Assembly (NCBI RefSeq): GCF_964355755.1
Contig: NC_092678.1
Location: 3,240,422 to 3,304,421 of the forward strand
From: Antedon mediterranea
Lineage: Eukaryota > Animalia > Echinodermata
Direction of reading: 5' to 3'
DNA length: 64,000 nt
Every line of letters starts with the position of its first letter. Positions within the stretch are counted from its first letter, which is position 1. The notes under the pieces are model-generated. The model did no database searches and was not told the origin of the DNA. It saw only the letters and a list, made by a program, of their open reading frames with translations. Below are positions 11,280 to 25,800 of the stretch, in pieces. The position numbers were made by a program, and so were the translations under genes.

Positions 11280-13855
11280 AAGGCGTTCTCATCTGTCCAC
11301 CACACAGTGGCTGTGTGTATTCTAGTAGGCTACATGAGGTAAACAAATACAACAGAATGTTCATGTTTATTCATATTTATTTCTAGTATCAAGCTATACA
11401 GAAAATCTTTCTCCACTATTGCATACAAAGAGATCAAATTCATTGTTCTTAATAAATAAACAATTCTGGTTTAAACATTTCTATTATAATTAACAATATA
11501 AAACAATTATTTTTTTCAATTAATTATGCACATTGGTAATAAGGCAACTGTTTGTATAAGTGTAGCCGTTCAAATGAGAATACCTATAACATTAGAACAT
11601 AGCTATAATCAAAAGTTTACAAAATTTAAACATCCAGGTCAAAAGTGTGAAGCATATGAAAAACAATTATGTATTATGTATTATTATTATTATTATCAAT
11701 GTTGGCATAACTAAATTTTATATTATTAACATTAGGAATTGTAAACACCAGAATTCGCCTTTACTTTCTATCCAATTTCAATGGATAGAACTTCAATGTA
11801 AACAACAACACTTGAATATTATATACAAAGTGAACATACTCTAATTTTCGGTATAAATATCTCAACCACAATATAACAAAATTAAATTGTGATAATTTCT
11901 TTTAACTTTTAAATTTATGTAATTAGATAAATTTTGTACCCAATTAATTAACATCGATTAATTAATGAACTCAATTGTTTCTTCTATTAAACATTTTATA
12001 TTTCATTATAGATCACATAAATTCTCATTAAATTAATCTCTTACTTCAACCATAAACCTATACAACACTTTATCAATGTCTCAACTACATCAGACATTTT
12101 TTAGTATAAAAAATTATAACAAAAGTGGGATCCTTCTGTCGAATTATATTCCAGGACATAAATATAAAAAAAGTGCAAGTAAACTAATACAACTCTTAGT
12201 AGTTAACTAGTACATTTAACTGGAAGCTTGTTCAAAGGTCAAATCAGTACATGACCTTTCAAAATATGCGTTGTTCTAATATCGAACAAATGGGACCGGA
12301 ATATAACTGTTATTGGCTTTTAACACTAATTTCTCTCAATTAAAAAAAAATGAGAAAATTTTTATTAATTGCATATTTCCTCAATGATATATCAACCAAC
12401 AAAATAAATAAGGTGTATAAAACAGTGCTAGAAAGCAATGTATTAACTTATTGCTCCAGCTTGTGATTACCAGTACCAATTTCCTAATGGCAAACACAAT
12501 AAATGATGAAATACTAAAACCTAAACCGGTCACACATCTTGCCCCTTCAGGCTAGTGAATGCTCTTGGTATGGGCAAGTGCATTAGCATAGAGAGCTTCT
12601 GATTTGCAACAACCGATTGACCTGACATAGGCCTAGAAACCACTTAAACTGTGTCGATTTGCGAAAATCAATTGACCAAAATTGATTGACCGAACATAGC
12701 TTGTCCCGGGGTAATCACTCAAATTCTTTGCATGTGCCTATAGATATGTCATTCTTGCATATCAAAAACTCCCTATTTTTAATATTCTTAAACTTTGTAT
12801 TATTTTGACTGGTTGTTGTACCAGTCAAATGTACATAGTTAGTACATACTTATTTATGATAACAATACAATATGCCCAACAGCAAAAAAGAAAAACACCC
12901 TGAGATACAGGTATTATTACTCTTGATTAAAATGTACTAGTAGTACTGGTAATTGATATACTGTTTGTCAGAATCATTTACAAGATTCCGATTGGCTATC
13001 GTAAGTTACGTTTTAAAGGGTGTAAACTAGTTTGGAGGAAAATGAATAAAGAGATTGGGATATTTAAGATTGCACTTAAGATATACACACCATTGCATAA
13101 AGCCCTGCTGCTTAAAACGACGCCATTGTTTTTCCATCCCTTGAACATAGACCACTCGCGAATCAATTAATGCAATGTTACGCTTTAGGACTTAGATAAA
13201 TAAATGTTTGAACTGTTATCAGATATTGCAACAAAAATGCGTGGCAATGAAATCGTTGTCAATTATTTGATATCATTTGTGGTTGCGGAAAGTCTTACTT
13301 CATGTAAAAACCACAGAAAAATGTTGCAGAGGAAATATTAAATTTTTACGGCCTTGCTGAATTTTATAAAACACTCCAAAATCATAATTTTCTTATGGTC
13401 CCAATATTATCTAAAAACCCTTAGCCATAATCACTAGTCGCACTTAAGTGAAATAAGTTAATACATATTTAAGAATTTAATAGGTATAGGATTAAATTTA
13501 ATTATGTGGTACCGTATAGGATTAAATTTGTAATAAGAATTTTGTTGGCAAGGGAATAATAAATGTTTGGTCTCTTAAAATTTAAAATGTTGGTACAATT
13601 AAGTACTATGTTGAATTGCCTACAGGTAGTAACAATCAAAGGCACATTTGTGATGTTTAAAGCCCTCTTCACATGGTAAGACTGTCCACAAGCTCAGTAA
13701 TTCATGTTCACATTACAAACAAACCTTATTGTAAATTCAATGTGAACTGATGTCCAATATAAATGCAAAACAATTTAAGCTTCAGTTCACACTGAGATAC
13801 AAACTACTATTTATCAATGTGATCTATCGGGTGATTTCACACTATTTATTTAATA

Positions 13856-16800
13856 CTATTGTTGTTGATGTTCTACTATATTTTGTCCCTGAAGAAAAAT
13901 TGGTTGCTGGTTGAATGCTAACGTGAGACCTGATGTGCCTTTGCCTTGGACCACTGTAGGTAGAGCTGAATGATTCTGTAGTATTGTGTTATTGATATGA
14001 ATTGGTTTTCCCTGTTGAGTCGTCGTGATAAGGTTTGCCATGAGTTGATGCGATTGTAAATGTGATGCCGCTTGGCTGAACGTTATTTGCTGGCCTAGCT
14101 GCATCGACGCCGGATTTGTTAATGCTTTTCCTAAGCTGGAATTTGTTTTGCTTGTTGGAACAAGTTGCACCTTACCTATAAAACATAAAGAGAATTACAT
14201 TATAATAATTTTTATTATAAATATTATTTTATTTTAATGTTAAAAAATTAACAATAATCAATGTGAATTGTAACTATACAGTAAAACCCCTATGGACCCT
14301 AATTAAAACAAGGCCATATACATGGCTGCAGTCGCGTGCGCTCAAGTTAATGTTTACCGACCAACCGACATAGCAAGCTGTAGACTAAAAATTCTCAATT
14401 TTGCGAACCTAAAACAAAAGCGATGACATAATTAAAAACCATTATTTTATACAAACTTTGGTTAAGGTCAAATCAGGTTTTTGTGTGGATTGATAAATCA
14501 GCAGAACTGTTTTAAACGACAGAAAACATGCATATCCTTGTCATGTTATCGATTTCAACATAGCGTAATTCGGTATGTATGTACAGTACTTTGTTTTGAC
14601 TTTTGAGCCGATCTTTCAACTTTGCAAAATATTACAGTAGATATTAACAGCCGTTGTTCAACAGCCTGCGATCGTGGAATAACTCCGTCCACTACAAACA
14701 TTGTTCGCGTTTGAATAGCACATAACAAAGTTTTCCCGACAACGAAAACTTTTAATTTAATATTACGTTACTAACATACATTAAAACATAAATGTTGAGT
14801 TGTTATTAAGAACCGCCTTTTTAAAAATAAATCAACGAATTGTTTTTTTATTTTCTTATGCTTAAATTGAATGCATTTCAATCAATTTTTAATTAACACG
14901 TTTTGTATAATGATGTTACAAATGGCAAATGCTAAAATACTGCAAAACTATATCTTTGGATGTGAAAATGATTGAAGAAAAGAAGGGGACCTCAGGTCAA
15001 TCTGTGGCTCGGCAGTTTAAATTACCGAAATCTACCGTATCGTAGATACGGGCATCAAGAAACAAGATTGAAAGACACTTATTCAGCAGCAGAACTTCCA
15101 CAACTCTGTTTGAAGGACGCAACAACAATGCGCCAAGGGAGCACCAATATCAGGACATCCGTTACAAGAAGGCATTTATATGGGATAAGTTGAAAGCCAG
15201 CAACGGGTGGCTTTCACATTTTAAAATTAGACATGCAATTCGTTCAGTTTCACTACAAGGCAAGATGTGAAATTACAATGGATAATTGAAAGTCTTTACA
15301 AGAGATTAACTTTTTAACGCGGAAGAGGTGGCGTATGCCTTAAGACAGCCAAAGATAGGGTTACAGTTCTCGGTTGCACAAACATGAGCGCAACATGTAA
15401 ACTGCAACTTGCCTTCATTGACAAACCGGCAAGACCAAGGTGTTTTAAACATGACAAGATGGAGGATCTATCATTTTATTATCACAGCTAAAATAATGCG
15501 TGGATGGACAAGTTTGTTTTAAAAAAATGCTTCCACGATTCGTTCCACACATAAAAAGGTTATGCTTCAGAAACAATGTCCCATACAAAATTGTGTTGCT
15601 ACTCGATAATTCACCCGCACACCCTGAAGAGGCGCGGTTAATTTCTACTCTGATGGCAATGTTAAAGAAATTTTTCTGCCACCAAACACAACCAGCTTAA
15701 TCCAACGGATGGACCAGAAAGTTTTAGAGCCCTTGGACAGGTTAAAGCTAATTGTTCAAAAAGGTCATTATTAATCACAGACTTTTCCAAAATTTCACAA
15801 CTCTCGCTCCTTTTGTGAATGTAAATTTGAATGTTTAATTCGATTATTGAATACTGTTTATGCCAATCTAATTATTTATCTAGTTCAAAACCATATCCAA
15901 AACACTTTGGATGTGTAAACGTTTTTTAAGGATCTGTAAAATTAAAAATATATATTTTTATAACTGTATAGGGCTAGTGTTGCCCGAAAGCTCTGCTAAT
16001 TTTTCTGGCTGTTTACTTTATCGTTTTGATTTAGCTTTTCGGTTTTTTTTTTTTGTATCTCCATTGAGATCCAGCCACTGATACCAACAGTATTGTCATT
16101 TTTTCAGTAATTTGCCTTTGGATGTATATGGTAGAGTGATATATCTTTTTGGTCAACTTCAATCTCTTGGAATAACTGGATTGTACAGAACTAGTACAAT
16201 TCCCGGACATTTCAAGGACGTTGGATTCAATGTCAAAAGTTTAAAATTTCAAGGACTTTGTACCTTAAATATTAAATTCAACAGAAGAATTAAAACCAAT
16301 TTTATTATTTAAGGTTGAAGAATTTCGTACTTATGACGTTTGTCAGAAAATTCAAGTACTGTAGCCACTAAAAACATACAGTGAAAAGTGTAGTATTTTA
16401 GCAAGTTTACAAATCATTGACTTTACGAATAGGTTGTGATATGTTTAAACAATTGATTTCTAACTTGAATTTAAAGTTCAAATGAATACGTAGAAAAAAA
16501 ATCGGTAACTATGTAAACTACAGTTAAAAACGCTAAATACTTCATAGCCCCCATATATAAATACGGTCTAAGTACCGTGGCGTTGGCATTTTTGACATAC
16601 GTTTGAGGGCTACAAACACTTTATGCATGCCAGCCATCTAAACAAAAGGTGGTACGCACTTATCTGGCGGTGTCTCTTTGTACGAATCATTCAACATTCA
16701 TGGCCCAGCTCATTGTGGTTTACGCGTCCATCTGGGCTGGGCGAAATGCATAGTTAATTTTCAGCAAAAGTCAATCAATCAAACTAAATTTAGAGGTTTA

Positions 16801-19800
16801 CCGACGTGTATGTGTATTGTAGTATCGAGGTGGTACGCTCATACAGCAAAAACTCACAAATTATGTTGACGATAGTTTACGAATATTAAAACATGGTACC
16901 GTTGAATACATAGGCGTGGGAATTCGAGTAAACTAAAACAACAACACGCGACAGCAATGTGGGCCTTTGTGGTACCACCAACTTCCTGTCCAGGGTAGTC
17001 ATGGCGCATGCCGACGCTGGTGGTATTGAACAAAGAGTGCTGTTTCCAAAGTCACCGTACTGACGATATCGTGGTCATTTGATATTATAGGATTGGGTAT
17101 AGGATTCTGAGATGCTATAAAACAGTTCAACATTACATACCCATTTTGTATGTACCGTATGATTTTGTTTCATCTGGTTTTTAAATGTTTTTATTTTTAG
17201 AAATAATTCTTTGCATTGTATCGTATTGTTTGCTTTGCTCGATTTGTTGTTTATCTTTTTCTCTGTTTTGATGAGATATTTAATAATAACGCCAACCGTC
17301 CCATGTTGGAGATGTTTTTCTACATACTTTACACTTGCCTCCGTTTTGACGCACATACTGTCAATCCACAAGGAAAAAATAGTATTAATAATATTTGCGG
17401 TAATTGATTATACTTATTAGAGATATTAGCGTACCGGAAGTATCTTCATCAAGTTTACGCGTACGAACTCTGAATAAAGTTATATTTGTGACTACAGGCA
17501 GTCTGTTCGCCTTTTGTATTGTATGCAAATTCAACTTGGAAAAGCCTTGCGATTTCAAGTTAGTTTTTTTACAATCTAGTTCACGCTTGCCTTTAATTAC
17601 ATTAATACCATACAGTACGTTGTTAATTTTACATTAATAATATCAAATAGGCTCCTAGTATCGATTTGCACACATAATAACATATATGAAGAATACATAT
17701 TGAAGTTTTCCAATTACGAATGGTGAAAGACCCGTGCCATACCTAATTCAGGGGTTTTACTGTGTATATTGTACGTAATTTGTAAACAGTGCGTTTTGCT
17801 GAAAGCTATAAAATAAAAATAAGTATAAATACATACCTGATTGAGAAAGCACCGCGGTAAAATTTGTAGTTTTAGTAGAATCAGCAGCTATTGGTTGCGT
17901 TGGTGATGTAGTGCTTGGTTGAACGATGGCTGTCTGTTGTTGAGGACTACTTATTGAAGTTGCTAGGAATGGCTTGATATTGGAGGCGGTTGGAATGATA
18001 CCATTTGAAGACAACATGTGACAACTTCCAGAACTCTAAATGGGATAAATAAAATGTGATGTTGAATTTCTAAAAGATATTTCACACTTTATAAAATAAA
18101 CAAATGGTAAACAATAGACAAAAGGGCTTTTATGTTAAATGATCGAAAGCTGTTACTTTGTAAATTACGTCACCAAAGCAACTTGCAAAAAAAATATAAA
18201 ATAAAGAGCATTCAGTAGAATTCATGTCATAGTTGGGGTAATATTAGGGAGTATTTGATAAGACCAATAACTGACGAACGAAACTATGTAATGTTGGTTT
18301 ATTGAGGTGCATGCCGCAATGTGCTCCTCTCCTCGAAACAGGTGTGATGCTTTCTAGGTCCTGACAACGATTGACTACTGTACACATTGATTGATTTGAT
18401 CTAAACCCCTTTTACACCGGCAGCAAAAATGCAGAGTTGATCCGTCATTGTGAAACCTGAGTCGTACACGTGCCGCAATGTAAATCAGTGTAAACATAAA
18501 AAGTTATACAACGCCAAATTAACCCGGGACGAAACAGTGTACCTGCGTTTTCGCGGTGTAAACAGTCCCGCGTATGTTTTCGTACAGTAGTTGGTTGCTA
18601 TCCTCACTATAGTATTTAATGTACACACAATTAAGATAAGACTGGTTTGTTTATTCAATTATTTAATACAGAGCATTTTAAAAAAATCACTCTACCCAAA
18701 CCACTCTCTTTTGATAAATAACAATTCTAAATATGGCCCTATACAAACGAATCAGCCAACACCGCTAAAGTAAAATAATAATCGTTGAATAAAATCCAAT
18801 AACCAATGACCCACATTACAGAGTGCATGCACCGACTGGGAGGGCATAAAAATAACTGGTTAAAAACTCCTATTTCTTGGGAGCAGTTAACAGGACAATT
18901 TTGTGGTAAACTGGTTAAAAGGCAGCGCAAAATAACCAGTTAAAAATACCCATTCAATTTGGTGTTAGAACGGCATTAACTTTTCTGCAACACAAAATAA
19001 AGATTACTTGATTGACAGCTGCTGACCTTGAGTCAACGCCAAATTTCATTCTCACATGGTAAAAACAACGCATTTTAAACATATTGATACTTGTCTGGTG
19101 ATAAAAATTGGATGAAAAAAGGCCACACGTGTGACGTAGGCCTACTGGGAACATTTCTATTTTGTTAATATGTCGTCGAATTTAATTCACAATGTGGCCG
19201 TATAATGTTTTTATTGCTTTTTAACATTTTGACGTATTTTTCTTAGGTTTAATTTACGGTAGGCTTACTATAATCTAGTACTACTGCATGCTAGATAGGT
19301 ACTCTGTAAACGTAGGGTGCGTGGTACTATTACAATAGACACGTGGCAAAACAATACCTCTCATAGGATCGCGATCAAAAACAATACCAAGAAGTTGGAA
19401 TGTGGGTTATGTTGCAGTAGCTGTACTGTACTAGGTTGGTCGTCAGTCCTTGCAAATTGAAAGCTCTCTATTAACTATTAAAGGCATTGTAAAGTCTATT
19501 TTCCACTAGCTGAATTTGTTTGCGCGAATCAAAAGCACCGGCTTATACGCCTGCATATTCATGTTCCCATCTTCCAAATCCCTCTCTATGCATGCATATA
19601 AACTGAAGCTTTCTGCCCATTACTATGCGGTCATCTATCTAGAGTTCTTAAATTGTGAAATTTTGTTACTAACCTGATTAACTTGAGGGCTTGAATTTTT
19701 TGAAACAGCAGTTTGTATTGTTTGAAATCCTCGAATGTCCTGATTGGTTAGATCTTGTTTTACCAACTGATGTTGTGATTGTTGCAGCAAACCTTGTTTC

Positions 19801-22800
19801 ACTATTACTCCCCCCTGAATTGCCAATCCACCTTTCGTCTTTGCCCCTCCTTTTAACTTGCTATTGTTTTTTGTTCTTGATTTTACGTTTAATTTCGTAT
19901 CGTTTCCAACTGTAATATTTTGTAATAACACAGGCGTATTCCCTATTGTACTAAATATCGGTATTTGATTCATTTTATTTGGTTGCACACCGTTCACATT
20001 TGGTTCAATGTTCGTAAAAACCAACTTCAGATTGCCCGACTGGTCAATTAAATTCGAAGATGAATCAACTCCTAACAAACTTGTGTCTATATATTCAGCG
20101 TTTTGCAAGCCGTTCGTGGTGACCAGAAAAGGCGTAGAGGAGCCCGTAGCGAGCTGTAATGTTCCTCCAATGGGAATGGCGGTATTGGTTATTAGTGGAT
20201 TAGTATTAGTTGATGTGACGCTCACTGAGGTACTTATCGTTGCATTTTTCTTTTGGCTTTTCGTAGGCTTCTGCTGTGCAGTTCCCGAGCCGGCAGAGGC
20301 TCGTATTGATTTTGAATTTTTAGATTTTTTCGAATGACTAGCTTTAGAAAGTGTCTTTGTCGGTTTTTGTACCGGCGTTGTTGTCACTTGGTTTAGAATC
20401 ATTTCACTTATATCCGTTGCATCAGGCTGTATGCTGCAAGTCTCTGATTGCGATAATGAAGTCGCTGAACATGCTTTCCTACAAATGAAAAACAAAACAC
20501 ATTACAAATACAAAACATTAAGTATAATTGTATAGTATCATAGTTGAATAACATAATAAAAATTGCATTATATAAAGTAGAAACCTCCTTTCAGACAACT
20601 GTGCTCAAGGAACACTTTTCTATAACAAGAGGCAATATATGTTAAATACTACAGCCAACCTCTGTTTATGGACACTCGAGTCTTCTCAGATAAGGACTAT
20701 AAACTGTAATTCTAGTGTAACACATCTAGCTCATGTGCACTTTAAGGTACATAGTATATCTTTCGAGACGAGTAGGGGATTATCCCAGTGTACTAGTAAT
20801 TGACACTCACAGCCATTGATCATAAATGGCTCTCTGGGAGATAATAATTAAAAAAAAAAAAAAAAAACAAACTGTAAGGGGAAATTATTTGTTGAGTCCC
20901 AAAGGTATTCTAATGCACCAGATAGGATTAGATTCCATCAACTTCAGATTACTGTAAAGATAACTAAACACAATTTTACACTTGATTGCCCAGAATCAAT
21001 CGTAAATCAACTGATATGTAATACAACACAAATGGTTGCGAATATGGCAACATTCTAATCTACAGCTACAAGTTTAATCTGAAAGGCATTGTATCAAGAA
21101 AATGTAAACAATTGTACTTACTTAGATGGTGGTGGATTCAGCTGTTTGTCAATCAAAGCTTTAAGTGATGACCTTAATGAATGAAGCCTGCGATCAAACA
21201 AATATACGCCACGCCCAACATGGTGAGAACCATAGTGACATACCTATAAAGTATAAAATTCAGTGCTGTTAGTGGCGTATTGCAGTAGGCAAAGATAGCT
21301 GGTGTAGCACTCCATTCAGTGCTGTTAGTGGCGTATTGCAGTAGGCAAAGATAGCTGGTGTAGCACTCCATTCAGTGCTGTTAGTGGCGTATTGCAGTAG
21401 GCAAAGATAGCTGGTATAGCACTCCATTCAGTGCTGTTAGTGGCGTATTGCAGTAGGCAAAGATAGCTGGTATAGCACTCCATTCAGTGCTGTTAGTGGC
21501 GTATTGCAGTAGGCAAAGATAGCTGGTATAGCACTCCATTCAGTGCTGTTAGTGGCGTATTGCAGTAGGCAAAGATAGCTGGTATAGCACTCCATTCAGT
21601 GCTGTTAGTGGCGTATTGCAGTAGGCAAAGATAGCTGGTATAGCACTCCATTCAGTGCTGTTAGTGGCGTATTGCAGTAGGCAAAGATAGCTGGTATAGC
21701 ACTCCATTCAGTGCTGTTAGTGGCGTATTGCAGTAGGCAAAGATAGCTGGTATAGCACTCCATTCAGTGCTGTTAGTGGCGTATTGCAGTAGGCAAAGAT
21801 AGCTGGTATAGCACTCCATTCAGTGCTGTTAGTGGCGTATTGCAGTAGGCAAAGATAGCTGGTATAGCACTCCATTCAGTGCTGTTAGTGGTGTATTGCA
21901 GTAGGCAAAGATAGCTGGTATAGCACTCCATTCAGTGCTGTTAGTGGTGTATTGCAGTAGGCAAAGATAGCTGGTATAGCACTCCATTCAGTGCTGTTAG
22001 TGGTGTATTGCAGTAGGCAAAGATAGCTGGTATAGCACTCCATTCAGTGCTGTTAGTGGCGTATTGCAGTAGGCAAAGATAGCTGGTATAGCACTCCATT
22101 CAGTGCTGTTAGTGGCGTATTGCAGTAGGCAAAGATAGCTGGTATAGCACTCCATTCAGTGCTGTTAGTGGCGTATTGCAGTAGGCAAAGATAGCTGGTA
22201 TAGCACTCCATTCAGTGCTGTTAGTGGCGTATTGCAGTAGGCAAAGATAGCTGGTATAGCACTCCATTCAGTGCTGTTAGTGGCGTATTGCAGTAGGCAA
22301 AGATAGCTGGTATAGCACTCCATTCAGTGCTGTTAGTGGCGTATTGCAGTAGGCAAAGATAGCTGGTATAGCACTCCATTCAGTGCTGTTAGTGGTGTAT
22401 TGCAGTAGGCAAAGATAGCTGGTATAGCACTCCATTCATTCGGTTGGAAGTTGCATTGAACCTGCTCATGCTCTGGGGCCCCTTAATCTCTGGGCCTCCA
22501 TAAATTCTGAGCCTCTGCATTTAGTCAGTGAGCGCTCATAGTTGTTACATTACTAAAACTTAAAAGTCGACTAATCTCAGGATCCAGTGGTCGTATTCAT
22601 TATTCCAAATTTTTTCTCTTAAATATTTTGATTAATTTATTCCCTTACATACTTTATGCTTGGCTCCCACTAGAGATGCAACACAAGGACGAAATGATTT
22701 GACCAATCACAAGCGATAGATTATTCAAACTTGCCATTGGTCAACTCACTTACGTTGTGTCTATGTCCTTGCGTTGTTTCTCTAGTGGGAACCAAGCTTA

Positions 22801-25800
22801 AGTCAATAAATATTGTAATCTTAAGCTTTTCTTTTCAGTTTGATATGTTATACTTACTGCAATAGGTTTTGGTTGTTGATAAGTACACAAATAATTATCT
22901 GAAAGAGAGTCATCCACATCCGCTTGAGACTCGACGGAAGGAGCACTAACTCTTCCGACAGAATCAGATCTTGCAAGGCTTTTAAGATCATTTGTTGTTG
23001 GAGTGGATGGGGCTGAGTGAGGGTGACAACGTCTGTAAATTGAATAAAGAATGAAACAAATTCATATTAAAATAATTCACAGGTTGAAGGCACTCCTGAT
23101 GGTAGTGTAAGTACAGTACAGAAAGAAAATACTGCAACTTTTTCTACGAGCTGGCTTCAAAAATAGAACATAGGCTAACTTTCAATGAGTTACTTTCTAA
23201 TGTTTGTAGGGAGTTTGCAAGCTAAAAAACAACCCGACGATCATGCCTATGATGTTCTTTAATATATATTTATTGTGTTATTTATAGCGTAGGCCGCGAA
23301 ACTAGGCTAGGCTTGACCTTGCTAAAGCCTGGGGACATGCGGCCAAATTAGGCTAACCGTTGCGAAGGGCGGCTACAAAACTTTACATCTTCTAGCCTTA
23401 GATATGATTTTAATTAGCGAACAATACATTGTTTGTGTGCATATTCCATGCTTCTAAATGCGATTACAATGGTGTTTATTAACTCTACAAACCACCCTAC
23501 GATCGATGCGTAGATAATTATCAGAACAATACATTGTAGGCTACAAACAATACTTCAGAGACTACGTTCAAAACACTGACCTACGATCTTACGCATAGAC
23601 TACGAAAGTTTACACGTAGATACAAAGCAGTAATTTCGTTCTGTACTGTAGGGGTACGCCTTACCAGTTGAATCATTTGGTTACAGAAATGGGATGAAAA
23701 GTAACTAATAACTGTACTAAATGGCTATTTTTAAGGTTGGATCAAGTTGGTACTACAACAAAAATAATAGTAAATTTATAACAACTTACTTGATAGGATG
23801 GACGCCAAGATCTGGTGGGCGCGTCGGACGAGGTGAATTTTGTGTTTTTGGTGTCGTCTTTGGCACTGAATGTAGTCTATCGATGGTATTTGAGGAAGAT
23901 TGCGTAACATTTAAGTTCGATATAGTAGAGCCTAACTGAGGTGTGACTTGGTGGAACCCTGACGCCTGCTTTGACAAGTTCTTAGCAGCATGTGTCTGTT
24001 GATAGTGAGATGCATTTATTGCCTTGCGTTCTGCTAGAAGTTTGTCCAGTGGTTTGTGTCGCCCCGGCACCTTCCGTCGTAACGATAAAGCATGCGTCTG
24101 AAAAAAGAAAAAAACCTCTTTCATCTTCAATCTTTTTCAACATACACAGTTTGCATATTTAAATTGTATGCTAAATGTTCAGAAACATTAGGTTTGACAA
24201 TGTACTACAGTAATGATAAAGCATGTGTCTGATAAAAAAAAATACAAAAAAACCTTTCATTTTCAACCTTTTTCTATATACATTTTACATAATTATATAC
24301 TCAAATTTTATGCAAAATGTTTAGTAAAAAATTAAGGTTTGATAATGTTACTACAGTTGAATTTAGGGAACGTTTTATGCAAGTACCTGCTTTTATGCAA
24401 GGACCTGGACCTAATTTACTTTTCTTACCAAATATATTACAAAAACTGTACCAAGGTATACCTCGCATGCGCACAATGAATTATTATGACGCATCTAGAT
24501 TGCCGGTCACCCTATGACTCATTTCTTATTTTTATTTATTCACCATTTTAAAACTTGAATTTGTTCTTAATATTATTGGCTTTTTACCTTGCAGGTTAAT
24601 GACCTTAGACATGGTTTACCGTCCTCCCCAGCAACTCCACAATGTTTATTAGGATCATACTCACGATCTGAAAAAATCAACAACACACTAATTTAAATAC
24701 AATTGATTATTTTATGTTAAGCTCTATCTACACTATCAAACTTTATGTGGAAAAAAAATGTGATGTGCCCATATATGGACATGATGATGTCATATCACTA
24801 CCATATTTGGGAATATCACTACACTATCACTACATATATCTTAAAAGAAATTTTTTTATTATCTGCAAGACTGTGATATATATATTATACTTAATTCGTT
24901 TGACATTTGCAACATTTCTTTTCACTTTAAATCATAAACATTCCATTACACAGTCTACAGGTGTCATCAGTCATTTCAAACTATTCTATTTATAAAGTAT
25001 CTAGCAGTAACAACGATTAGTTAATGTAATTGGATGTTGTCTGTTCAGCTCATCTAAGCTTAGGTAAAGAAGATGACGCACTGAATTTTTATACAGAATT
25101 ATTAATGTTACGCAGACAAAAACTATTCATAATCATAACCTTTTTGACTTGTATTGCAGTAATTGATATGTAAATTATGCTGTTATTGTATATTATATTA
25201 ATAAAGTCGTATAAATTAAATTTATTAAAAAGGTTTCTTACATCAGGGAGATAAAAAATGTTTGAATGTAATTAAATTAATGTACATAAAACCGTACATA
25301 TTTTCATTAACTATACTGAAAAACGGATTTAATTTTTCTTTCAAGATGGATGGGTTTGTATCATAAGTCAGTAATTAATAATATGCAGAGTATTGACAAA
25401 AAATGATTGAATATATATGAAAATATTTCACGAAATGAATTAAATAACCTGTTTCTAGAAAGGTTATACCATGGAGAAATAAGGTTAACTTATTTTTCAA
25501 CAGTTATACATACTGTAAACAAAGTATACCATTATTTATAAACATCTCTTGATATTTACATCATGGGTGGTACGCGTGTATGGATCATTTACTCCTGTCA
25601 AATCGAACTTAAAATTCAATCCGTTTTCTATTCAAACTGCGATTATACATTTCTATATATAGCAACCTGTACTTTGTTTTACAATGAGGCTCCAGAGAGT
25701 ATAGTAGCATCATAATTAAAGTAATGTAGATTCTTCAGTATTTCATGAACTAGAAATATTATTACAAGAAATATATTCTATGATTCTAATAATTATTTAT

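Noticed and set aside
13856-13870. Polyglutamine tract as in human SCA7
   Set aside because: Only HQQQ occurs at the C-terminus, and there is no N-terminal CAG tract.
16560-17620. GC-richer segment with short ORFs and a CKVC motif
   Set aside because: No family is recognisable and frames are broken. It is probably a decayed transposon but cannot be classified.
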